This document shows positions 40,255 through 54,995 of a DNA stretch of 64,000 nt, in pieces (positions within the stretch are counted from its first letter, which is position 1; each line of letters opens with the position of its first letter). The stretch comes from Octopus vulgaris. Lineage: Eukaryota. The translations under genes and the position numbers were made by a program. Under the pieces are notes generated by a model. It saw only the letters and a list, made by a program, of their open reading frames with translations, did not search any database and was not told the origin of the DNA. The stretch spans positions 69,006,001-69,070,000 of the forward strand of contig OX597833.1 of the NCBI GenBank assembly GCA_951406725.2. The letters run 5' to 3'.

Positions 40255-40506
40255 AAACAAATGCCGAACCGCTAAGTTACGGGGACGTAAACACACCCAG
40301 AATTGGTTGTCAAGCGATATTGGGGGACGGCAACAGACACACAAACATATACACACACATACATATACATATACATATATAAGACAGGCTTCTTTCAGTT
40401 TCCGTCTACTAAATCCACTCACAAGGCTTTGTTCGGCCCAAGGTGCCAGGCAGTGTGAATGGACCCGTAACCATGTGGTCAGTAAGCACACAGCCACTCC
40501 TGCACC
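40255..40506 (-). mobile_element. SINE family B, truncated
   Basis: Reverse complement of family B head and body. Confidence 0.85.
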
Positions 40507-41044
40507 TATCTTCATATATTTATTTATTATCCCTATAATTTTTATAATTTTCTGATATTGCCATATTAATCGCCTAGTAGTATCTAATTTTTACTGCTTT
40601 AATCATCTTCTGTAAATTATTTCCTTCTATATTTCTGACATATTATTGACAAAATCATTCTATTATAAATTTTAAATACTCCTAACCAATTATCAGGGCT
40701 CTTAAACATTTTCCCTAATCTATAAAAAAGCCGAAATGAATATTAACGGTCCAATATAAATTTCAATCTCCAGTCATTAAAAATTCGATAATGCCTTATT
40801 TGGATTTTCAAACCCACTTGCTTCTTACTTCTTATATGAAGTTTAAAACGAACTCAAATACACAAAGCTATAGAGAGAAAGTTCTATGTCGTATATATCA
40901 TCACTTAACTGTTACCCGTTAGTCGTGTTTTAGATAGACACGACTCCTACAACAATTACATTAAAAAAAATAGTAAGAACATAATACCCATGTATGTCTA
41001 AAGTTCACTTCCTTCTTTATTAAGTTCTTATTTTTTGCTGATTG

Positions 41045-41124
41045 TGCTACTGATGAGTAGTCTTTGACAACTCAGTTTCTTAAAACGAATTTATTGTCTT
41101 TCTGTATGAAACGATCGTCTGGCG
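41045..41124 (+). ncRNA. Hammerhead-like motif with long stem II
   Basis: tgcta-CTGATGA-[51 nt incl. gacaa/ttgtc]-GAAA-CGATCG-TC-tggcg. Confidence 0.55.
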
Positions 41125-41236
41125 AATTGAAAGAATATTTCTCCCTGTATTAACATCCAATCTCGTCCATTTATGAAAAATATTATTGAATTTGTCGAAC
41201 CTTGTTGTATAACATAAATAATATACTTGATATACT

Positions 41237-41284
<48 letters not shown>

Positions 41285-41448
41285 CGTATGTGTGTATATA
41301 TATATGTGTGTGTGTGTGTTACTTACGTGCACTTAGGAAACGCCACAGGGATGCCCATTTAAATATTGCATGCGTTGCATACATTTCATAGATTTATGTG
41401 TATCTTAATATTCATATATTAATATTTCTACTTATACATGTGTGTATA

Positions 41449-41511
<63 letters not shown>

Positions 41512-41814
41512 GTATGTATATGTATATATATGTGTATGTGTGTTTGTGTGTGTGTATGTGTGTTTGTGTGTATGTCTGTGTCCGTGTGTACAGGTGTGTG
41601 TGTTGTGCGTGTCTGATTGTATCTCTATTGTATGAATTCATTTATATTTCCACCTATTATCTCTTTAATTATGAAATTATTTCCATTTTTATTGAGACTT
41701 CTTGAAAACACATAAACCCAATTTGTTATGAAATGTTTTTCCTTCTTATTCATGACCTAGTATTTCCGGCTTACACTCGCGCTTATTATGCGTATGTATA
41801 TATATATATATATA

Positions 41815-41845
<31 letters not shown>

Positions 41846-42531
41846 CAATGATTTGTTCTGTAAGTGACTGACACACTGACACATACTATAATATTAGCTG
41901 TGTGTATTTCTTTTCGTATTAACGTATGACATAACCTCTGAATTTAATATCCTTTGTGTCAAACCCTCTTCATTTATTCCGCTAAACCACTTCCGATAAA
42001 GAACATCGGCCATTTAATTCAATATAATTTATTTCGTCTATATATTGCTTTCAACACGTCTATATAAAGAAAAAATAATTATATTTTTCTCTTATATTTT
42101 CTAATGATTTTTTTAAATATTTTATTTTATGTTTTCTTTCAATCAGCATCTTATTGATTTCCTCGTATGCCTGAATGAACAATTTTCACTCGATACATTA
42201 AATGATACTGCCATACGAATATCGCTTATACATCTAATATCACTAATGAAATTAAGTGAAATTAAGTGAACTTCAGTTTAAGTAATGTAAAATATTATTG
42301 CTTACAGTAATTTTTCATTCTGTAATGAAGTCAAAATTAACTTTTGATGTAGGTTTTTCAAGATGGCAATGAATCCTAATTCATCATTAGAGATAAATAT
42401 TTAAGAGACATATCAATTTGTCTCTTATTAATGTCTGAACATTAACGTGTCTTGGTACATAGAACAAGAGTAGAAATTCGTCTCTTGACGGCATATGGAG
42501 GCATGCGTAGCTACATACTTCCATACACACA

Positions 42532-42599
<68 letters not shown>

Positions 42600-42614
42600 A
42601 TATATATGATAGAT

Positions 42615-42657
<43 letters not shown>

Positions 42658-43659
42658 CATATATATATATGTATGTATGATCGCAGTCAAGTGTTTGGAA
42701 CCACTAATTGACTATATATGTATATATATATATAAGGTATGTGTGCATATATGCATGCATGTATGTATAATCCATTACGATGTGTAAACGCAGGACAGAG
42801 GTCGCATGAGAACACACCCATGAAAAGTATTTTAGTCGATCATATCTAACGCAATTTATTTCTTTTCTGTAATTACTTTAACGATTTTTATGTATCAAAT
42901 GGACAGGTAAATTGAAATGCGATATGAGTTTATAAGAGGAAGCAATCGTACAGTGAGGTAATGAGGAGAGAGAGAGACGCACGCACAAATAAATACACAC
43001 GCACACGTATACATATATACAGAGAGAGAGACAGACAGAGGCAGTGAGAGAGAAAGGGATAAAGAGCAGTTAAAGCGGAACTCTAACGTGTTGAATAGCC
43101 GTTGTTGTTTCAAATAAAAATAAAATACAAACAAACGGACTTTTCTCTTTGGTACGAAAATGATGTAAGGTGAGCGAGAGAGATGAAGTTTTATTAGTTA
43201 TTGTGGTCAATACAAAACTAGTTTTGCGATTAATGCACAAATTAGATAAATCATTTTTTTTAAAAAATCAACTTAATTTAGAAGTACATTTTCCGATCTT
43301 CAGTTGCAAACATCATATTTTAAGTAAAAATTTAATAACTATAAGATATATTTACCTTCATTTATCCACATCAAATCGTAACCCAAGGTATTCAGTATAT
43401 TAGGAAAAAAGTAAGAGAAGGAAAAAGAAATAAGGTTCTTCATCCACATTAAAACACGCTTTCTAATCTGTCGCGGTCCAGCGATACTTTAGAAAGCGTG
43501 TTGAGTGTGGATCAAGAAGTTTGTGGCTTGTCCCTTCTCTTACTTTATATATATATAGCATAAAGCATAAATACATTACATTATAATGGCAGATTTGACG
43601 TACACTTGTTTCGACTAGCCACTTTGTTTTCATTATTGATTGATTTATTGGATCGGTCC

Positions 43660-44040
43660 ATTCAACATTTGAGGAACATTGAATGACCTAGAGAATTCAT
43701 GTAACTTTCGCTACAGTCATTTCTATTTATAGGTTTTTTACAAGAAATCACTTCAGAATTGGAAGATATGTTAACTATCGGACTGGTCGACACTGCATGG
43801 TACCAAATATCCCATCCTCCATCTTGAATAAGGAGACAATACTGTGAAAAAACTTGGCTTTCATGTATCCACAACCATACAGCATTCTGTCAAATAATCT
43901 CTGAAATTTGCAAAGTGTAGGAGTGCAAGTCCTGAAAGAACATCTGCTCAGTTTTTTTTTTAATCTTGGGATACATGAACCGACATTGCGGCAGGGTACA
44001 CAACGTTGAGCCGCTGCGTCCAGCTCTCTTTTTCGCCAGA
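43660..44040 (+). pseudogene. CR1-group LINE ORF2 C-terminal remnant
   Basis: NYRTGRHCMVPNI...L*NLQSVGVQVLKEHL...HEPT...R*AAASSSL resembles invertebrate CR1-group C-termini. Confidence 0.55.
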
Positions 44041-45959
44041 AACTGTACAGGGAAGTAACTCGATCACACTTAAAGGCGGTACTCCAGCGAAGTCTCAGCT
44101 TCTGGCTGAAACCAATAGCAGAGGAAAGATATATGTGTGGATAGAGAGACACAGATACAGACAGATAGAGGCAGAAAGATGCACAGAGAGAGAGAAAAGA
44201 CTGACCGACAGACAGATAAAAAGAGAAACATTTACGAGGAGAGAATACAGCGTTAGAGTACAAAGTTTGAAATCATTGAAGACGACAGACGTACGTCTTT
44301 GAAATATTATATAGGCTATATTTACACATGCGAAGAAGGAAATTCGGTGATTAACGAAAGCCTAAGTGTTTTGTCTGATATATATACAAAACTGTAAACA
44401 CTTCTAATGTCTAATCAGCAAGAATGATTGATAAAATAACCAAATTTAAGATCTGCTTTTGAAATTCTATAAAACGCGACGCGTTGTTTTGACGGCAGAC
44501 GTACTTTCAGTTTTCGGAAATCTATGCTGCATGCGAAATTTTTGATAGTTAACGTTCATTATGACACAAAATCATAAGTAATAAGTCCGTGTGTGTGTAT
44601 GTAATTGTGTGTGTATTTTAGTGTGTGTTCTTTTGTAGAAGAAAGAATTATAACATTGATGTCAGTCAAAGTTAAGATCAGGTAATATACGCAATGCTTC
44701 TAACTCATATTTAATCTCATAATAACAAATTTACTGCTTCCTTAATGAATTAATTAGAATATTTGATGAACATGAAAGAATTTATTTTTATTCGGTAGAC
44801 GACTGTAAGTCAAAATTATAAACACCTCAGTCTCTGCAGAATAACATTTATAAATGCGAAACATAATCAACAAACACAAGAAATTCCTAAAGATGAAAGA
44901 AACCTGACTTCGCTTTATATTATATAATTATGTCAATTATGGAAACTAAATATATCACATAAGTATATCAAGAGATACTTTTTTTATCTTATCTATTCAA
45001 AATCGATGAGATTAAAGAAAAAATAACATTTCAACTGATATTTAAGATAAATTATTATACCGTGCTTTATAATTATAAATACAGATGCATGAATTTTATA
45101 TATTTCTCATTTTTTTTTGTCTCTTTGACTGCAGAAACTTTGATTTAAATAATATATATTATTATCTTTAAAAAATAATAAAGCTATACAGGAAATTACC
45201 GTGTCTGGTCTGTATAAGTTTCTACGTCGTTATTGAGATGCATTGCACTTTAAATACGATGTTATTACTTTGAAGATATAGTAGAATACAGCTGGAGAGA
45301 TTGGTTCGAAGTAAACATTGATGAAACTGTTAAGTGAAGCTTCATATTTTATAGAGGATATGGTATTTGTGTTCACCACTCGGCTGTTCCCCAGCAGACA
45401 TCCACAAGCGGGAATTGTCTTACGGCATAGAATAGTGTATATTTTGTATTTGACCAATTTTATTTAGAATTCTAAGGTACACAAAATATTGTTTATTTTA
45501 ACTGATACAAGTAAATTCAAAGTTTGAAAAGATAATATTTGTCTCGGTGGGTCTGGCAATTCCATGATTCTATCACGAAAAGATGTCTTCTTTGTCTGGT
45601 CTAAAAAATATATATAAAAAAAAATTACTTCTGGGAATCGCTCCACTGATTTCAAAACGTAATTGATTTTAACACAAATATACATCGGAAACATTTATGC
45701 TCATACTCATAGAAATATAGAAATATATACTTTTTACACATTCTCAAACAACATGACGATAACACTTACTATATACCACAGATACTACACCAACAGAAAC
45801 GGATGTTCACAATATATCAACAAGCGCAAAAATATGTGTGATTATGTGCTTGTGTGTGTATGTATCATTAAAACTGAAATATTTTAAAATCATAACTTTA
45901 AGTTTCGCATTAAAGATTATCCAAATGACTGGCGTAGCAAATAGGTATAACAATATATA

Positions 45960-46124
45960 GGCGCAGGAGTGGCTGTGTGGTAAGTAGCTTGCTAACCAAC
46001 CACATGGTTCCAGGTTCAGTCCCACTGCATGGCACCTTGGGCAAGTGTCTTCTGCTATAGCCCCGGGCCGATCAATGCCTTGTGAGTGGATTTGGTAGAC
46101 GGAAACTGAAAGAAGCCTGTCGTA

Positions 46125-46203
<79 letters not shown>

Positions 46204-46446
46204 GTATGTGTGTGTGTTTATGCGTTTGTGTGTCTGTGTTTGTCTCCCTAGCATTGCTTGACAACCGATGCTGGTGTGTTTTCGTCCCCGTCACTTAGCG
46301 GTTCGGCAAAAGAGACCAATAGAATAAGTACTGGGCTTACAAAGAATAAGTCCCGGGGTCGATTTGCTTGACTAAAAAAGGCGGTGCTCCAGCATGGCAC
46401 AGTCAACTGACTGAAACAAGTAAAAGAGTAAAAGAGTAAAGAGAGT
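45960..46446 (+). mobile_element. SINE family B, full length, expanded internal (TA)n
   Basis: GGCGCAGGAGTGGCTGTGTGGTAAG head; (aaaagagt)n tail. Confidence 0.93.
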
Positions 46447-46626
46447 ATGGAAAAACTATTCCTTAATATACCAGAATATTAGATGTCAAAATATAGCAAC
46501 ATGAGTTTGATTGTTTTACTTCTAAATTGATTAATGAAGGGGCACTTCTTTCTATTAACGATCACACTAAATTTTGTCATCATTTAATCTCCAAAAATTT
46601 CAAAGCTGTTAATCAGTAGAATTCTG

Positions 46627-46912
46627 GAGTATGGTAAGTAGCTTGCTTGCCAACTACATGGTTCCTTGCGCAAGTCTCGGCTCGAACAAAGTCTTGTGGG
46701 TGAATTTGGTAGATGCAAAGTGAAAGAAGCCATCGTATATATATACACATATGTGTGTATGTGTTGGTTCCCAACCGATACTGGCGCGTTTACGAACCTG
46801 TAACGTAGCGGTTCGGCAAAAATGACCGATAGAATAAGTAGCTGGCTTACAAGGAACAAGTCCTAGATTCGATTCGCTCGACTAAAGACGGTGCCCCATG
46901 ACTGAAACACGT
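46627..46912 (+). mobile_element. SINE family B, degenerate
   Basis: tggtaagtagcttgct...agcggttcggcaaaa...gatagaataagta. Confidence 0.8.
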
Positions 46913-46928
46913 AGATGTATAAAAGAAT

Positions 46929-46979
<51 letters not shown>

Positions 46980-48573
46980 CGTGTGTATGTATACATACAT
47001 ATATATATATACTTATATATATACATATATATATATACATATATATATACATATATATATATATACATATATACATATATATATATATAAATATATATAT
47101 ATAGTTGAAACTTAAGAAAAAATACGAAGATGGGTATATATATATATACATATATAAATATGTATGCATGTATATGTTACTGAGGATGAGTTAATTTTAT
47201 TATACCTACAATTCTCTCTATGAGAATTCGTGAGTACGCACGTTCAAATCTGTGCATGGTTTTTACAGCGTGTATGCATATATTTATATTTCCTCTTGTA
47301 TTTCTTTATATATTTCTCCTTATGAATGTGCATATGATTCCTCCTATGCGTTATGCGTTTGTGTGCCAAAACCATTTATGCCAAAATAAAGGAACAGAAA
47401 CATTTTTTTACAGAAGACAATAAACTAAAAAACAACAGATGGCAGCACATTTATCAGGTTTAAGAAATATTTTCAACAATGATAAATGCAGTACTAGTTA
47501 TGACGTCAATGCATTCGTACTTTTCATTGGCACCATTCCCCTGTGTTGTAAAGCTTTTAAAATTGTTTTCCTCTTATTCTTTAAGACAAATTTAAAATTT
47601 AACCTAATCGGATTATTTTTACCCAAATTCTAATATTTTTGTTTTGTTATTTTAAGAACGTTGTCGTTCCACCATTGAAAAGCAAGTTTATCATCCTGAA
47701 CGCATTCATTTGTCTTATGCTGTTGACTGCAGCATGGTGAAGGCGTCTCTTTTGCAGCGAAGTTTGATTTATAAGTGCAATAATGAAAGCGCATAATTTA
47801 GTTTTTTTCTTCTATTAGTATAAACGTAATTTGAAGCAATATTGTACAGAGATTCCTGAAGCAATACTATGCATAGTATTTGCTGGCTTCGTTCAGTGTT
47901 TTGTCGAAACGGGAAGCACAATAAACTGGGATGCTGAGATTTGCGATAGTGATTTAATGCTTCTTAAAATCATTTTAAATTGATTAGAGCGTTAATGCGG
48001 TAAACACCAAAGAATCGTATTTATTTTGCGCAGCGCCCATATTTTTATGTCACAATGATGCCGAGCTTCAATGCATTTAGCCTCACCATCTGACCTAAAT
48101 ATGATGAGTTGATGTTAAACAGAGTTATCCATTGCCTTTACTTCACAAAAACAGTGATGGCATGATTCTATACAACAAAATTTCCACGGTTTTTTCACTT
48201 CCACATATTTGGTTTAATGGAGTGCAGATAAAAGGCATTTCTCAGAAATACGGCACTCGTACGAGCAAACTAAAAAGCTTATGACAATAAATCAAACTTG
48301 AATTGCAAGGATATGCCTGAACTAGTTAAATAAATATGCGTGCATATCTGCAGCCACAGCCTCATGCTATAAAATCCACTTAGAGATCACGAAGGTCTAG
48401 GTTAGATTTTTACTATGCGTTGTCTAACTAAGTGGTCTACTGGACTTTTGCATCGGGTAAACAAATATATGGCCAGTGGAATGGGAACACAAAATGTTTG
48501 GTATATATACACACATACATGCATGAGTGTGTGTGTATGTGTTCCGTTAACGAAACGGGCTACTAGTAGAAAC

Positions 48574-48762
48574 ATCATGCAACTGGTTGAGTCCGCCATA
48601 GATACGCGTGACCTTAACGTAGCTATCACGCAGCGAGACATTCAGCCCGACACATGATGCGACAAAGGCTGGTCTTTCAAAATACAGGTGCTACTCATTT
48701 TCGCCAGGTGAGGGGGGGGTTTAGAGCATTGTGAAATAAAAAAGTATTGTTCAAGGAATACA
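48574..48762 (-). mobile_element. Degenerate family C-related SINE
   Basis: ccttaacgtag...attcagc...ggctgg...tactcatttt.gccag shared with 59450-59555 and family C. Confidence 0.6.
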
Positions 48763-48906
48763 AAATGACATCGTGAACATCATAAGATAATTACTTATTC
48801 CTTTTGTCATTAAGTTAACTTGTTATTACTTCTCTGTACTTCACTGACGATTCGTTTACTGATTTCTCACAGTTGGTCATTAGTATCGGTATGGCTAAGC
48901 GAAATA

Positions 48907-49110
48907 CTACTACTACTACAAATAACACTAATAACAATAGCAATAACAATAACAGTAACAATAACGATGACGATGAAGATGATGATGATGATGATGATCC
49001 TTTCTGCTATAGGCACAAGGCCTAGATTTCGAGAGCGGAGGAGATGGTCCGTCACGACACTGAAAGTATGAAAGGCAAGCTGACCCTCGGCCGAATTTGA
49101 ACTCAAAAAT
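48907..49110 (-). mobile_element. SINE A remnant with mixed trinucleotide tail
   Basis: cctttctgctataggcacaagg...gaatttgaactc preceded by (CTA)/(AAT,AAC)/(GAT) runs. Confidence 0.65.
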
Positions 49111-49837
49111 TAAAGATGGAAATGAACAACCTGGCGTGTTTATTTTAATGGGTTACCAATGTAATACAGTGCGTTTCTCTGCCCCAGGTGTCAGGAAGAC
49201 ACTCGGCAAGAAATGAAAACAGAACCGGCAGAAGATGATGATGATGATGACAGCGTATGTGTGAGCATCGTATATACTTCTATGGTACAAAATATGGAGT
49301 TTTTTCTACGCTCGCATACGAAGATACACACACAAACACGCAGGCGTTTTGAATAAATCCATATATAATGGCGTTGTATCCTTTTGAAATGCCTTTGGAA
49401 TTTTATGTCCTATGCCTCTATTAATTCCCTAATACCGATTCTATTTTAAAACATCCATCTCCTAGCTTCGGTGTCTTCTCAAGAGTAGAAGGCGCTATTG
49501 GATGTTTTATTATTTCTTATGTCGTTATCGATAAGTGATTAAAGGAGACTTATAGAACAACTTCGATTTCTATCCCCTTCAAAAGTTGTTAAATTAATCA
49601 CTTGTAAAATATCTGAGTTGATTCAACCGATTACAACGTTTTTTAAAACTCAACCAAAATATTTGCCGGGAATCTATTTCTGTCTGGCTAAAACACATTT
49701 TTAACGATGCACCACCCTCACTAACTCCATCTTTGTCTAGGGATGTGCTAGTGAGTTTACATACATTCATATATATGTTTCTCTGTGTGCGTGTACCGAT
49801 ATATATATATATGTGCGTGTATGGAGAAATTGGATAT

Positions 49838-49861
49838 ATATATATACATATATATATATAC

Positions 49862-49911
<50 letters not shown>

Positions 49912-50186
49912 TCATATATATATATACATATATATATACATATATATATACACATATACATATACATATATACATATACATATATACATATACATATATA
50001 TATATACATATATATACCTATACACATATATATATACAAATACATATATATATACATATATTTATATACATATATATACACATATACATATATATATATA
50101 CACATACATATATATACATATACATATATATACATATATATATACATATATATATATATATAAACATATATATATATATATATATA
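49838..50186. repeat. (TA)n/(TACA)n microsatellite
   Basis: Direct reading. Confidence 0.97.
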
Positions 50187-50738
50187 ATAATGTTGTGAGT
50201 GCGTAGGGAAAGGAAGGGTTATATACCTACATATCTATATGTGTGAATCTGCGTATGTATCTGCATGTGTGTGTGTGTAAACGTATTTACACGTATACGA
50301 ACGTGATTGTGCGAATGTGTATGTGCTTGTGTCTCCTTTCAATATCGATCACCCCTCAAGAACACAAACACACACACACAGCCACACACCCGATACATTA
50401 CCTTTAATGGAAAAATATCGCAGTCATTGTCTCTTTCATATATATATATATATTGTAATCTCCCTATGTTAACAGTTTTCCTCTTATCTTTATTGCTACA
50501 ATTTTTCTTTCTTCCAGCGCTCGCTGATAAATATAGACGTCGTTCTTGTTTGCCCTCTTCCTTAACAACATCCCATAAAGTGATTGTTTCTTCAGCTGTT
50601 ACAATAAATGTTCCACATAGACTAATGATGTTGTACTTTTGATCTTCCTCTTAAGAGCCCATCGATGCAAACTAACAAATGGGTTCTGGCTTATATTCGT
50701 CTAATTTAGTTTCACGACAAGGTCAATAAAACAGATTA

Positions 50739-50810
<72 letters not shown>

Positions 50811-51092
50811 ATGATATATGTATATATATATAATTATGGGTCGGTATTTATGAATGTATGTGCGTATACACTCACACACACACACATACTTATATACAAT
50901 ATATAAAAAATATGTATATATATATATATATGGGTGTATACATATATATATATATATATATATATGCATACGTATATACATGTAGATAGATAGATAGATA
51001 GATATATAGATTGTATGTTTTGTATATGGATATATATTATTCATGAGCTTACATGTATGTTATGTAATATATTTCTTATAACATATATATAT

Positions 51093-51129
<37 letters not shown>

Positions 51130-51309
51130 TATGTGTGTGTACGTACATATTCATATATTTATATCGTATTTATTTATTTATTTTGATCTGCCAAATATAT
51201 TATTTTAACACCATATTTCAAAAGCACGATCGTATATCTATATTCTATATTACAAAGCATAATAAACACTACCTGAAACGTCAGTTATATTTAAACGGAT
51301 CCGCTTATC

Positions 51310-51530
51310 ACATATGCAGCCGTACAACACTTGTTAATAATCGGGACGTCATCGATTTAAAAACCTGTCTCCCTTCTATCTCGTGTAAGAACGTTGTGAA
51401 ATACGTTGAAATATCCATTGCGTCAGATGTTTTTATTGTAAAGAAATCGTAATATTCTTTAGGATGATGGATCCGTTGTTTTCGAAGCTTAGCTGCTGCT
51501 TCCTCCAATAAGTCTTCTTTCCCGATTCAT
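51310..51530 (-). pseudogene. Mutator-like transposase remnant
   Basis: LLEEAAAKLRK... then shifted frame ETGF*IDDVPIINKCCT resembles the ETG.V.D.....K.C motif. Confidence 0.45.
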
Positions 51531-51736
51531 CTGTTTTTATCGTTCTCATATTTTATGTAGTTTGTTACTTACCGGATTTAGAACCAGGCGAATGAATTGC
51601 ATTAACATTCATCGGCTAAGAATTATAATCTTGCTTTGCTGTCACATTTTTTCTTTCCATCATTAATTTAAAACTAAATAATGAGAGAAATATAATACCC
51701 ATAATAAAAGAAACAAAAAGAAATGTAAGCTGTGTA

Positions 51737-51799
<63 letters not shown>

Positions 51800-52022
51800 A
51801 TATATACATATACATATATATATACGTATATGTATATATATACTTATATATATATACATATGTGTATATACATATATATATATTTATATGCATACATATA
51901 TATGTACATACATATAAATCTATAGTTATATTATTTATGTATGTGTGTACGCATGTTTATATGCATGTTTGTGTGTATGTATGAATATAGGTGTCTGTAC
52001 ACATACAAACACACACACACAT

Positions 52023-52118
<96 letters not shown>

Positions 52119-52495
52119 ACATACATGGAATCGAATATGAACCACTATCTGAAACTATATTTACTAGATCGTAGACAACAATGTCGAAGTGATGAAAGAA
52201 GAAATTTAATAGGCTTCAATCTGTATCACGAATTAGATCTCCCCATCAGTAGCGCCGATCATAAATCACCAATCGCCCCGTACAGACTTCGATCTACATG
52301 CCAATAACTTTTACATCAACATCAAATGAAGTGTTTCTTTTTTTTATTATTAATAATACTGCACGGTTTATGGCAAATAGCTGCCGTAAAGTTTGAGACA
52401 GATCAATCGTTTGAGATTAAACACTCACTTTCGTTTGACCAGAATGTTTTTAGGCAGTTATATAGTCTCATCTCTAATGGATATGCTGAGAAAAT

Positions 52496-52905
52496 AAATA
52501 GTTTGCTAACCAACCACATGGTTCCGGGTTCAATCCCACTGCGTGGCATCTTGGGCAAGTGTCTTCTACTATAGCCCCGGGCCGACCAATGCCTTGTGAG
52601 TGGATTTGGTAGACGGAAACTGAAAGAAGCCTGTCGTATATATGTATATATATGTATATATGTGTGTATGTGTTTGTGTGTCTGTGTTTGTCCCCCCCCC
52701 CAACATCGCTTGACAACCGATGCTGGTGCGATTACGTCCCCGTTACTTAGCGGTTCGGCAAAAGACCCGATAGAATAAGTACTGGGCTTACAAAGAATAA
52801 GCCTCGGGGTCGAATTGCTCGACTAAAGGCGGTGCTCCAGCATGGCCGCACTCAAATGACTGAAACAAGTAAAAGAGTAAAAGAGAGTAAAAGAGAGTAA
52901 AAGAG
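52496..52905 (+). mobile_element. SINE family B, slightly 5'-truncated
   Basis: Homologous to 45960-46446. Confidence 0.92.
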
Positions 52906-53119
52906 ATATCATGAAAGAGTTTGAGAAGGCCAAAGTCCTGTTGCTCCATATATTTAATATCATCTTCAGCATAAAAACATAAAATTACGTATTATGTTAT
53001 AAAAACTGTTACGCCATTAGGTAGATATATTTGTTAGTGTGCAGGACAAAAACGCTTTGCGTGTATTTGACGCAACTGAACGTTCATAGTTCAAATTTCA
53101 CTGTAGTCAATATTTACTT

Positions 53120-53352
53120 TCAAGTGTCTTGGGGAAATTTCGAACCTGAGTTCTCATTTTTCGATGTTGTTATAATTATCATTATTATTATTATTATTAT
53201 TATTACTATTATTATTATTATTATTATTATTATTATCATCATTATTATTATTATTATCATTATTATTATTATTATTATTCAGATCACTGCCTGGAATCGA
53301 AATCCGAATCTTGGGGTTAGTAGCCTTGGGGTTAGTAGCCTAGGGGTTAGTA
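53120..53352 (-). mobile_element. tRNA-like head + (AAT)n + short body
   Basis: Minus ggctactaaccccaag(x~3)attcggatTTCGATTCCaggc, (AAT)n 53169-53279, then gaaatttccccaagacacttga. Confidence 0.65.
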
Positions 53353-53371
53353 TGTCTTACAATGATAAAAA

Positions 53372-53495
53372 GAATTGCTCCAAGATACCTGATAAAGTCT
53401 GGAGGGTATATCAGCTGAAATAATGTTAGCAACAAACAAGTTGAGGACAAATACCCGTCAAATGTAAGTGATATTAATAATGTACATAATTTCTC
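53372..53495 (+). mobile_element. Hammerhead-like remnant inverted relative to 53120-53352
   Basis: ctccaagatac-CTGATAA-AG.CTGG-agggtata-TCAGCT-GAAA-taatg-TT. Confidence 0.5.
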
Positions 53496-53952
53496 AATTT
53501 TTTAAATATAGAACCGTATTAATTGGAAGATATTGCAATTACATAAAAATTATCGCATTTGATATAAAACTTCAAAATTTCAAACCTATATTCCAAACAT
53601 TTGGCTACGAATGTAGATCAGAAAAAAATTAAATAATTCAAAAACTAATAATAATAAAGGAATTAATAAAATAATAAATTTCTTGAAATAATTATGTTTA
53701 ATCAACCTGCTGGTTTCTCTAAGATCTCTAAACGATAACCATCACCTAATCACTGACAGGCATTCATGCTCGAGGTAGGTCACATTTATTCCAATGCAGC
53801 AATTTTAGATTCTGATCTTTACTTACGATGGACATAGGGAGGTGCATGCATGTGTGGATGTATATGTATTTCGTCTGGCATAGGGACTTTGTATGCAAGG
53901 TGAGCGTGCATGAAAACGTATGCACGTGCATGAGCATTGGCAAACTATACAT

Positions 53953-54285
53953 GAAGGCGGCGAGCTGGCAGAAACGTTAGCACGCCGGGAGAAATGCGTT
54001 GCCGTATTTCGTCTGCCGTTACGTTCCGAGTTCAAATTCCGACGAGGTCGACTTTGCCTTTCCTCCTTCCAGGGTCGATAAATTAAGTACCAGTTACGCA
54101 CTGGGGTCGATGTAATCGACTTAATCCCTTTGTCTGTCCTTGTTTGTCCTCTCTGTGTTTAGCCCCTTGTGGGTAGTAAAGAAATCTGTATTTCGTCTGC
54201 CGCTACGTTCTGAGTTCAAATTCCGCCGAGGTCTGTCCTTGTGTGTCTCCTCTGTGTTTAGCCCCTTGTGGGTTGTAAAGAAATA
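53953..54285 (+). mobile_element. SINE family A, full copy plus internally deleted tandem copy
   Basis: aaggcggcgagctggcagaaacgttag head; tail rejoined to gtatttcgtctg at ~54188. Confidence 0.92.
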
Positions 54286-54599
54286 TATATTTGTGACCAC
54301 GTGTATCTGCGCGCGCAGGTGTGAGTATGAGCATGTGGGATTCTCTGTACGTGTACATGAGAGCATCTATGTGCGTGTGTGCGTGTGTGATGTATTTATG
54401 TGTGAGCTTTTTTTCTTGGTAGCTGCATACATTACAATTCAACCCATCGGCGCTTATTTTCTTATCTTTCACGCAATTTCTGTTTGGTTTTTTCGAGATT
54501 TTCTGATTGCATAAAGCACAAATTCCACAAGCGAGGTGACAGCAAGATTTTGCTGTCTTACAAATTTTATATCGCAATCTGGGTGTAAACATACATGCA

Positions 54600-54606
54600 T
54601 TCATAT

Positions 54607-54693
<87 letters not shown>

Positions 54694-54746
54694 ATATATA
54701 TAAATATATATATAAATGCATATATATATATATATATACATACATG

Positions 54747-54811
<65 letters not shown>

Positions 54812-54942
54812 GTATGTATGTATATATGAATGCATGTATGTGAATACGCACGCATGCACACACATAAAGATAAATGTATAAATATATATATTTTACATAT
54901 ATACAAGTACATATGTGAACGTACATATATAGCAATATATAA

Positions 54943-54995
<53 letters not shown>

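Noticed and set aside
53031-53423. Poly-Ile membrane-like ORF
   Set aside because: Translation of an (ATT)n tract within a repeat element.
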